Shown piece by piece: positions 24,559 to 35,539 of a DNA stretch of 64,000 nucleotides; the first letter of the stretch is position 1, and the number at the start of each line of letters is the position of its first letter. Both the position numbers and the translations under genes were made by a program. The DNA is from Psammoneis japonica (lineage: Eukaryota), in assembly GCA_008632985.1 (NCBI GenBank), contig QPGO01000202.1:1-64000 (forward strand), written 5' to 3'. Under the pieces are notes generated by a model. It made no database searches, was not told where the DNA came from, and was given only the letters and a program-made list of their open reading frames with translations.

Positions 24559-26030
24559 TGCGCAACTGGGCACACTTACAACGACGACAATGCACCCAAT
24601 GCAGAAGATTCTCTGTCTGCCACCAACAACAACAAACAATGTCGACATTCCACGAAAACCCAGCAAGATCTGCGTGCGTTTGCCATGACCCTCAATCGTG
24701 CTGTTCCACACGCAAACACGTCACACTGCCTTCAAGATCCAGACTCCAAATTGCTCAATGTGACAGACTCCAATGTGACAACTTTTCAGAAACGTGTCTG
24801 CATTCAACATGCAACAATGTGCATCACACAATGATCAACCACGAGCAAAAACATTCTGCGACACTGCCCCAAACTCGACATGAAACATCTGGCACAACGG
24901 TGATCCACGTCACTGTGCTCGGTGCCATCTGCACTCAATGATGGTCACAACGTCACAACCGTCTGACTGTCCACCAACACAACCCACGCACACACCGCAC
25001 ACACAACATCACACACCACACACGGGCATGCACAGGTGCAACCATTGGCAGCTGCACGTGCGTCGAAGCACATGCATTCACACTGTGCAGCACCGACCTG
25101 CACCAACACATGAACAGACAAGTGGCCAATGCTCCCCACAGGCCTGGTTCTTGCCGCAAAGCTGGGGTTCGCTCATTTCCGGTGCATCGCGCACCAAGGA
25201 TTTGCAAGTCTGTCAGGATGTGCAAGTTCCAGTGCAAATCCACATGAGAGCCTGTTGCCACGCGTGGTGCGAACACCTGCTGGATTTTGCGGAGCTCTGC
25301 GTTGGGCTTCTGATGGGATGAACTTGACATTAAATTTTGTAAAAATGTGTTGATGACTTTCATTTCCAGAAGTGTTCAAAAGTTCTGATGGAAGAATGAC
25401 AGTCGCCATTTTTCCAGAACTTTTGCTTTCCACACATGTCTGTAATTTTAAACGCATTTGCACAAAATGACATCAGAGTTCACACCGTCAAGATTGCTTG
25501 GAGACTCGTCGCCGAGCATGGCAACACACGTTCTGCACACCGGCAGCTTGTGCATCCTGGTGGACTTAGGGCCCCATGTGCACAAATCCTTGTCCGCACG
25601 CACATGCAGTGCCCCACGTGTTTTTGGACATTTTCAATGACTTTGAAACTGTGGAACACTTGAGGGTCGTGCACTGGAGTTTTTGACCCCCAGACCCATT
25701 TTAATGCACGCCCACATGTCTGTGGAATGCATTGAAATGCCAACGGTCCAAATCAGGTCGCGCCCAGCATGTCAAAACTGTCCCACAATTTCGGTTGCTC
25801 GCTGATCAAAGAAATGAGGCACAACATTAATTGTTTCAACAATTGTGCACATTTCAATGATCACACCCAAAACTCACACCTCATCTTCCGAAAAAACCGC
25901 CAGAGCTCACCCCCCATCCCCCCCCCCCCCATGGAATGAGCAGAATCTCAGCTTTCCATCAATGTGTCGCATGTGGGGCAGTTGTGCGCACAAAATTTCA
26001 ACTCATCATAAATGCTTGGGTGCACGCCAG

Positions 26031-26214
26031 TGAACAAATGCTGATGTGCTGTCACGAATGTAGGCAGTTTATGTGCTGTTGGCGATTGGTCCACTTTTGC
26101 TCATTCAGTGGCCCCAGCAGCGCAACATCTCACAACTCCAGAACCTGTTGATGCTGTTCAACACTCTGTCTTGTCTTGCACCCAATTCTCAGCTATCATG
26201 GCAGCATTTGTTCA
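26031..26214 (+). repeat. 5' LTR (184 bp)
   Basis: tgaacaaatgct...agcatttgttca inverted ends, TG...CA termini, matches 32521-32704. Confidence 0.95.
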
Positions 26215-26945
26215 CTTCATCAGAGCCAATGCGCTGTGATGTTCATCGCCTGGAATGGGCATTGCGAACGGTGCGACGGTGTCATTGCGATCGATCGATT
26301 TTTGCAGCAAGCGCCATGTTGGTCTCATGGTTGCTTGCGTGGTCACTGAGTCCTTTGTGTGTGTCAACATTCATGCATGTGAACGACATGCTCTTGGAGA
26401 CCAGAGCTGTGATCCGTCAGACATGACGTCAGTGGACGGAATGTTTGATCACGTGGATGGAATGTGTTGGCCAAGACATGCAAACATTCGTGATCAAGAC
26501 AACATGATGATTCATGCATTGAGGTCTGTCATTTGACAAAATGCATTTCATTGATCAAATGACTGAGGGCATTGTGAAGAGCGTGGATGCCGCCGCTGAC
26601 CCCCAAGTCCGCTTCCCACATCTGGTGAATCGCAAGCTCAAGGCACTGCGTGCATGGATTGACCACCGCAGGGCCCGAAATCAAGAGCCGACTGCTGCTC
26701 TCTTCGCTGGCCACGTCATTGGAACATGGACGGCACGTCTCACGGAACTGGAGCAATTCAAGTCTGCAGACTCGGATGACGAATCAGCTGCCAAAACGGC
26801 CGTGGAGCTCAAGAACCCACATGACTGGCCTGCCTTCCAAGAGTCACTGGAGACCGAGCTGCGTCACCACCGCAGTGCTGTTGCCGGAGTGCCCCTCATC
26901 TGCCTCGCTGGGGAGCATGAGGACGTCACCGCCAAAATGTTGGCT

Positions 26946-27335
26946 GACGCGTTCCAGGTCTAGGTGGGACCTCGCACTGCTGAACTGTGACATCGACAGT
27001 TTTTTGAATCGCGTCGTATGTCGCGCACGTAGATTTCTACGTGATTTTTGCGATATTTTGTGTCATTTTACGGTGCAATTATTGAGCGATCCGTCCAACA
27101 ACTTTTGACATTTTTTGTTACAGCGCGATTCTACAATGTCTTAAGAATCGCGTAGGGCAGGCGCATTTGCAAAAACGTCGAGTGGCATGAGGCATAATTG
27201 CACCACAAACTTGGCCGTTTATTTGATGTTGAAGATAAATGTATCCATTAATTAAATTCTCGTACTACGGAGCTCGCACGTAGAATTCTACGGGCCCAAT
27301 GTCACACGGAGTCCCACCTAGGGCTGGAACGCGTC
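26946..27335 (+). mobile_element. MITE copy 3 (390 bp) inserted in the Copia gag, TSD GGCT
   Basis: gacgcgttccaggtctaggtgggac ... gtcccacctagggctggaacgcgtc, flanked by ggct on both sides. TA-rich. Confidence 0.95.
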
Positions 27336-28338
27336 GGCTGCCACCTGCACTGCCATTGATGACAACCTTGTTGCTGCTGCTCGACTTGCAGGAGCTCAGC
27401 ACACGCAGGACAGGCAATGCCTGCATGATCTCTTGAAGAAGTCAGTGACAGGGGGGCCCGGATGGGCTTTTGCCAAGCCTTCCAATTGCAGTCGCAATGG
27501 TCGCACTGCTTTCTTTGCACTTGAGAGGCAGGCGGAAGGATCGGCTGCCACCACTGCCCGAAAGAACCGTGCTTGTGCACAGATTGCTGCTGCAAAGCAC
27601 ACCGGATGGGGTCGATTTACTTTTGACCAGTGCACTCAGCATCATCAAAAAGCTCACAATGACTTGTCCAAGCTTGATGAACCGGCAGCCAAGACCAAGA
27701 AGGTCTCTGACTTTCTAAAGGGCATTTCCGACCCTGGGTTGGAAACTGGCAAGAGTGCAGTGGATGGAGACCCGACGAAGCCAGCGGATTTCGGGGCATG
27801 CCAGCAGCATGTGAAGACTCTGGCGGAAAATGCTAAGAACCGCAGTGCTGACACTCGCGGGATTGCATCCATCCAACGCCGCAACAACCGGCATGGAAAC
27901 CCTGGCGGAAAGCACCAACCTAAAAAGGATGAGTCCAGGATCTGGGCAGGTCATTGTCCCATTGAAGAGTGGAACACTCTTGACGGTCCTGAGCGAGAGC
28001 AAGTTCAAAAACTCCGCGATGCCAACAAAGCCGAAAAGAAACGCAAAGCTGCAGCTGCATCCTCGGAGGCTGAGTCAGTCGATGCCGAAACTCACGCTGT
28101 TGAGAAAGTGGCCATTGCCGAGCCCAATCCTCAACCCACTGATGAACCAAAGGACTCCGAAGAGCCCTTCAAACCTGCCGCCAATGCAGGCACCCAGTTT
28201 GGACGCAGTGCACACAAGAAACCTCAGAAGGAGGAATGAACAGCTGCGCCAGCACCAAAAGGCACAGAGCCGAATGTTGCTGAACCTGCTGGCACCACAC
28301 ATTCATCCAAGCAATTCTCAAAGGACACACACATCTCT

Positions 28339-31300
28339 TTGTCATCTGCTGGAAATTCAGATGATGAAGCAACCACTGATTTGGACTCACACGCTGACAC
28401 GTGTGCTGTCGGGTCCAATTTTACAATGTGCTCTGATGTTGACAGAACTGTCGTGGTGCACCCTCACTCCGAAGAGCACGCACCAATGGAAAATGTTCCC
28501 ATTTGCATGGCTGCTGCTGTGTGGGTTGATCCAACTGATGGACAACCACACCCACTGCCAGTCCATGAGGCTGTGTTTTTCGGGGACAAGATGACTGACA
28601 CCCTCCCATGCCCCAGCCAACTGTGAGCAAATGGACTGACTGTCCACGACACCCCTCGCCAGTTTGATCTGACTGGCACACACTCTGTTTCTTTCCCTGA
28701 CTTGAAGATCAGGGTGCCATTGCGAGTGCGAGGTGTTGCTTCAGTCTTTGATTCACACAAGCCGACAAAGGAGGATTTGGAGAACCTCCCCCAGCTGGAA
28801 CTCACATCACCCCTGAGATGGGAGCCTTCTGCTGATGCCCTGGCGCAAAAGGAGGAAGCGCACGCATGTGCCAGTGTGCGCCAAGGATCAGCAAAGTCTG
28901 ATGGACAGTCAATGATGATGAATGCGACCAGGTGTGTTGCTTCCATTCATTCGTGCCAAACGTCCCATCACGACAAGAGCGTCATTGTGGACGCCAATGA
29001 CGACGATTCTCTGTGTCACCGCCTGGTTGCTCAGGCAAACGTCTCCCACAATGACATTGAGGGAGACGGGCTACATGACTGGTGTGACCCAGATGTCCAC
29101 ACGGATTGTGCCGAGCGGAAACGGGTGCATGCACTGTCGACCTCGGGTCGTGCATCGACCATCACACCCGAGACACTTTCTAAAAGGTGGAACATTGGCC
29201 TGACGGCCGCCTGGGTCCGTAATGTCTGCACACCATCCGAACAGAAAGTCCGGAAGAAAGCCCCTTGGCTTAAGTTCCCTGCTGTCAAGGGACGCTTCTA
29301 CTCTGACAAGATGTTTTCGAAGGTCAAATCGACACATGGCGAGATGGGAGGAAGTGCATTTGCCAACGGAAGAGGGTGTGGTGGGTTCTGTCCTTGGAAG
29401 AGGAAACAGGACCACCCAAATGCCGTCATGTCATTCATGCATGACGTTGGCGTGCCGCAAGTCCTTGTGTCAGATGGCGTGCCGGAAATGGCGGAAGGCC
29501 AGACCAAAGAAATTTGCAAGGAATGCAGGACACACCAGGAGGTGTCCACCCTGTGCAGCCCCTGGCAGAACCCAGCCGAGGCATCCATTCGTGAGTTGAA
29601 GAAGAGAGTCCGTGTGACTCTACGCTGGACTGGCGCTCACAGGCGACTTTGGTCCTACAGTGCCAAATGGACATGTGACATCCGACGCATGATTGCAACT
29701 GGCATGTCGGATGTGGGAGGACGAGTCCCAGAAGAGGAGGTGACAGGTTCAACACCTCACATTTTGTCCCTCTCTCTCTTCGATTGGCATCAACCTGTCC
29801 ATTGCTGCATGCCTGTGGCGGAGTTCCCACACGAGAAGAAGTGCATTGGCCATTGGCTTGGAGCAGCTGACAATTGCACTGACGACATGGCATTTGTCAT
29901 TTTGCCCGAATCAGGCAAACCCATCATTCGGAAGGATGCATGGGCCATGCCGGAGGATGACCTTAAAACTCCGGCAATCCAGATGGATCTTGCATTGGCT
30001 GATCAAGCTTTGATCGAACGGCTTAACATCCCGGAACAGGATGCCAGTGCTGACTTCCTTGAACTCCCTGACGACTTCATGGACGAATTGGACGATGCCA
30101 TTGAACCCGTGGAACCCGACGCTTCCAAACCGGAAGCTGATGAGCACACCCCGGAAGGATTGGATGAGCATCTCACAGCTCAAGTCATGTTGCCACGCAG
30201 AGGTGAGCTGACTCATGCTAGGGTCATTGCATGCAAACGAGACAGCGACGGGATTCCCATTGGTGCTGGGAACGACAACCCTGTCCTAGACTCGAGGATG
30301 CATGACGTGGGATTTCCTGACGGATCCACTGATTCCCATGCTGCTAACGCAATTGCAGAGAACCCATTCGCACAGATTGACTCTGAAGGGAATGCCCACC
30401 AGATTGTGAAGGAGACAGTCGATCACCGACGTGATGCCCGTGCCACAATGGCCGATGACGGGCACATGACGACTGAGACTGGCAGGCGTGTTCCCAGGAG
30501 GACGACCGCAGGCTGGGACCTGCAAGTTGAATGGAAGGATGGGACCACATCCTGGGTTCCTCTCAAGGATTTGAAGGAATCCAATCCAGTTGAGGTTGCT
30601 GAGTGCGCTGCAGCAAACAAAGCAGCCAGTGAACCAGCCTTCAACTGGTGGGTCTGAGACGTCTTGCATCGCAGGTCAAGGATCCTGAAGAAAGTCAAGT
30701 CGCGTCACTGGAAACGCGTGCATGAGTTCAGAACTGAACTTCCGAAATCTGTTGAGGAAGCCATGGAGATGGACAACAGAACAGGGACTGACTTCTGGTT
30801 CAAGGCCATCGAGAAGGAAATGTGTGACATCATGCCTGCGTTCGAATTCCGCGATGACGACACTGCACCGGTCGGGCACAAACATGTTGGTTGTCACATG
30901 ATCACTGACATCAAGAGCACCCTCCAACGTAAAGTGAGGTTCGTGGCCGGAGGCCATCAAACCGATCCACCCAAGGAATCGACCTGTTCCAGCATGGCAT
31001 CACGTGACAGTGTTGGGATGGCATTCACCACAGCAGCTCTGAATGACCTGGACGTTCAGAATGCCTGCTTGAATGCGCACACTGGGGAAAAGTGTCACAC
31101 TGCTGCTGGCCTGGAATTTGGGAAGCAGAACGAGGGAAGGCCGGTGATCATTGTCCGTGCCTTGTGTGGTCTCAAGTCTTCATGTGCAAGATTTAGAGAG
31201 CATGTGGCAGCTGCTCTGCGGGATGCTGGGTTTGAGTCTTGCAAGGCTGACCCGGATGTCTGGATGTGAGCTGCGGTTAAGCCGGATGGCTTCAAGCACT

Positions 31301-32369
31301 GGGAACATGCACTTGTCTGCGTGGATGACTTGCTGTGCATCTCCCATGAACCTCAGAAGGTCATGGATTACATGAGCTCTAGGTGCACGCTCAAGGGCGG
31401 AAGTGTCTGCGAGCCGGAAGAGCACTTGGGCACCCAGATCAGAAAGTGCCAGCTGTCTGACTCGGACGGCGAGACATGCTGGGCTGTGTCCTCTGACCTT
31501 TGTGTTAAAAGGGCGTTGGCTGATGTTGAACCAGAGCTTAAGAAAACTGACAGGCATCTTCCGACGAAGGCATTGATGCCCTTGAGCTCAGGATGTGGGC
31601 CTGAACTGGACGGCTCACCTGAGTTGAACGCCAAAATGGCTGACTGCCACCAAGGCCTTGTTGGTGCATTGCAATGGGTGGTTGAACTGGGGCAAGTGGA
31701 CATTTTTGTCAACAAGTTGGACACCTGGACGAGGTGCTCCACATCTTCGCATGCTTGAAGGCTCGCTCTAAGTCTGCGCCAGTGTTCGACGACACTGAGC
31801 CTGTCTTTGATGAGAGTCACTTTGCCAAGTGTGATTGGGAAGAATGTTGCCCTGGTGCAGCTGAACCAGTGCTGCCAAATGTGCCGGAGGCACGTGGGAA
31901 CAGCGTGACAACTGCTTGCTTTGTCGATGCTGATCACGCCGGATGCCGTGTGATGCGCAGGTCCCACACTGGGATCCTGACATTTGTCCAACAAGCGCCC
32001 ATCTTGCATTGCTCTGAATGGCAGAATGCCACAGAGTCCTCCACTTTTGGGTCAGAATTCGTGGCTATGAAGACTGCAGTGGAGCAAATTGAAGCCTTGC
32101 GTCATGAGCTTCAGATGCTCGGAGTCCCCACGGATGGGGCCGCTGACGTTTTCTGCGACAATGAGGCTGTCTTCAAGAGCTCAACTGAGCCAGAGTCCAC
32201 TTTGAAGAAGAAGCACAATGCAGTTGCCCATCACAGGACTCGTGAGGCACAAGCCGCTGGAACAGTGCGCATTGCTTGGGAAGACGGGCGCACGAATTTG
32301 GCGGGCGCACTGACTGAGTTGTTGCCTGGACCGAAGCTCCTGGAAATCACAAGTCACATCCTGTGGTGA
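28339..32369 (+). pseudogene. Copia pol (protease-integrase-RT-RNase H) with in-frame TGA stops and a frameshift
   Basis: Frames 28339..28626, 28702..30657, 30664..31269, 31321..31758 and 31734..32369 carry the motifs in Copia order. Confidence 0.92.
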
Positions 32370-32520
32370 GTCCCAAAAGGGGACAAACTGAGCGTGTTTG
32401 CCACGTGGGTGCGGCTTTTCCCACCCCCACAATGAAAATGCCACCCTGGAACAGGGCAGCATCAGGTTGCACTTGTCTGTCGATCTGGCCCGAGCGGAGC
32501 CAGTGTCAGTTCGAGGGGAC

Positions 32521-32704
32521 TGAACAAATGCTGACACACTGTCACGAATGTGGGCAGTTTATGTGCCATTGGTGATTGGTCCACTTTTGCTCATTTAGTG
32601 GCCCCGGTGGCACAACATCTCACAACTCTAGAACCTGTTGATGCTGTTCAACACTCTGTCTTGTCTTACACCCAATTCTTAGCTATCATGGTAGCATTTG
32701 TTCA
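32521..32704 (+). repeat. 3' LTR (184 bp)
   Basis: Same length and termini as the 5' LTR. Retains TA sites in its distal part. Confidence 0.95.
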
Positions 32705-32956
32705 CAAGCACGGTACATCGGCAGGGCCCTACCGTATGTCCGTCCGTCCCCGCCCCACAGTACGGTACCCAGTACAGTTCTTTTGATTTTGTGGTCGGTC
32801 CCACGCTGCCGACATTCTCGCTCATGGCTAACCCTCTTGCGAATGAGCGAACAACCAATTATCCTCGGCAAACGAAAAAGGAATAAAGAGGTGGATCCAG
32901 CTGAAATGATGTAGCAGGTTTCAATCGAAAACAGTGAAGAAAGTGCACCGGAATCG

Positions 32957-35321
32957 ATGGAGCTCGTGGTGGACACTGCCGCGAGCGCCGTAGCCGTAGA
33001 TGACTCGACCATAGTCATCGCCTCTGAAATTGTGCAGGAATGGTCAAAGGATATAAAAGACCCAGCCGCAAAGAGTGCTGTGGAAGAAAAGCAGCAGCAA
33101 ATAATTGAAGGTTTGACGTCACTAGCGAATGAAAAAGAATGGTTGTCGAGCCACCGCGAAAGCAAGATAGTCGAGTCCGCCGTTGTTCTTTGCGCGCTGC
33201 AGCTGCCACGAAACGTGGCCATTGACGTATCCATTCGCTTTGTGAATGCTATCGAAGAAAGCAGAAAAACCGAGTGGGGAAAACGCGTGGCGACTCTGGA
33301 TTACAAAATTGATGAGATCGCGCTTTCGCACACTCATGACGTCAACAAGTTTTTGAAACAAGCCGTGATAGTGTCTAAATGGTATGAAGAGAACAACCAG
33401 TTGCAGGACGCCCCGTATTTTTGCTTGATTCAATCAAGTGGAATGGGCAAGACAAAGATCATGTATCATGCCTGTCAGGAATTAGAGAGCAACCACGGGT
33501 GGCGGTGCTCCCTGGTACTCCCGAGTCAGATGAAGACGGGTAATGCATCGCCAGTAAATGCACACCGAGTTTTCAAAAAGCAAATTGACCTTCAAGGAAT
33601 TCTTGCATCAAACACACCTGTTGGCACAATAGTCGATCGAGGCTTTGAAGCACTGGATCGGCTCGTGGATGAAACTGTAGAAGGAAAGGAGCAGCCCACC
33701 AAATATGTCTTTCTTTGCTTTGATGAAGCCCAGGATTACTTGGGCTCATTCAACGAAACAAGCGAAGATAAACCATTGAAAACAGAGCACCCATCACTGC
33801 TTTTAAGGATCATTCGTTTGTGGCTGCGAAAGCAACGATCTGATGGCTTAAGAATTGTTGCTTGCTTTGCCGGGACGACCGCAAATCTGAACAACATTCG
33901 CTTCGAGTTTGACGACGACAAAAGATTGATGAACACAGTTCCTTCAAGGGAATGGAAAGCTCAGTGTGCTAAGTTCTACGACAAAGGATCTGAGGTTTTT
34001 CCGGTGTCCACTCTGACCACTACTATGGGTTGTATCACCAAGACGAGCGAAGGAAGCGAGTACAAGAAGGCAGTTCGCTACAGGCGCCCGCTTTTTGCAG
34101 TTTTGGATGCCAATAATGCACTTGAAGAAAAGGTGCAGAACATTCTTGGTCGTATGCTCTTAAGTAAGAATGATTGGGAGGAAAGCTTGCCTGCCTGTTT
34201 TAGTGTGCTTGCTACAAGGATGCAGATGGGCCAAACGACCTTTGCAATCGCTTCCGATCTTGTTGCCAACGGATATGCAAACCTCACTTCAGTCTCATCC
34301 AAGACCGCAAAAATCTGCTTTATGACTGATCCCGTGTGCGCCCGTCTTGCTATGGGCTTGATGGATGAAGAGTTTGCGTGTGGGCCGTTCATGGGAAAAA
34401 ATCCACATTGGTGGGTTAGAAAGATGACTATGTTATTCTCTCGGGGTATGTGTAGCCCCGAAAAGGGCGACTTTGGTGAGGTGATGGTTGCTTTTTACTT
34501 GCTGCTCTGTGGGGATGCGATACGTGGACCCCTTTCGGACGAAACCTTTTCAGTTTCATTGGATGATTGGCTTAGTGTTCTGCAGGGTGGAGGGCGTTCC
34601 ACGAAGCTCGCTAAGCCTCCCTATAGTTACCAAGTGACAGTTAACTTCATTCAAGTCTGTCGAAACTACCTTCGTTCTTACGGAGTCTGTTGGGAGGGTT
34701 TCAACGACCAAGGTTTCTTGAAGTACCTATACGAATCCGCCACCGCTTTCTACGTTTTTGGCGGCTGTCCTGTAATTGACATGGCCGGTGCTATCAGAAT
34801 TTCCAGTTCAACCGGAAGTGAAATTTCCTTTGCGCCGCTTGTCATTTCTATCAAGTCACACCACTACTTTTCACCGAAGCAGGCCAAGGAGGAATGCGAA
34901 AAAATGTTGAAGAAGGCGGTCGACAGTGGCATTAAGCGGGCGTTGTGTCTTCTCATTGTATTTGGGTCACCAACGTTGCCGGGAAAATCGTCTAGTGACG
35001 ACGAATATGCCTTTAAGGGATGTGTGGCAGACCAAAATCGTTGGAGACAAACCTGTAGCTTGTATTATTCGGATCCCGTACAATGATGCTTTTGGGCTCA
35101 CGGATTCCTTTGTGGAGCTGACATCTTGTGGAGTTGCGGTTGCTGAGTTGTTGGCGTCACATCCTTACATTCGTGCGAATGTCGGAGTGCCGGAGGTGCT
35201 TAATCCCGATTTCGCACTCCGGCGAGGACAGAAAGACACAGAAGCAACGGCAATGTTGGGAGCTCTTTCAAAAGATCTCAGAAAAGAAACCAAGCCTACC
35301 ACCGACCACATGAATGGGTAA
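32957..35321 (+). CDS. Crinkler-like P-loop NTPase with a probable C-terminal nuclease-like region; one apparent frameshift near 35025
   Basis: 709-aa ORF with normal Tyr content, QSSGMGKTK and FLCFDEAQ. The coding-like C-terminus continues in frame 34926..35321. Confidence 0.75.
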
Positions 35322-35539
35322 GCCACTGAGCTATTTGGTTGCATGGTTACTACATAGGCAACAGGAAGCAGTGTTATGTTACTATGATGGACGTTAAATT
35401 CTTCTCTCAGGGTTGCCTCAAGATAATTCTTCCAGAAGACGTCATAGTCTAAGTTGTTAGGAAAGCAAATGTATTGCATGTCGCATTGGATAGAGTTGCC
35501 GCACTCTCTGTTTCACACAATGAAATTTGCAGGATGGAC

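Larger units (their letters stand above)
26031..32704 (+). mobile_element. Near full-length decayed Ty1/Copia (CoDi-like) LTR retrotransposon
   Basis: 184-bp LTRs, a PBS-like catcagagcc after the 5' LTR and a purine tract gaggggac before the 3' LTR. Domains in Copia order: gag, protease LDSHADT, integrase (SDG, PWQNPAEASIRELK), RT (RALCGLKSS, CVDDLL), RNase H (VDADHAG, STFGSEF, FCDN). Confidence 0.95.

Noticed and set aside
1..32700. Classical fungal RIP or simple CpG decay as the explanation
   Set aside because: RIP raises TpA and CpG decay does not consume TpA. The paralog comparisons show TA is the ancestral state that was lost.
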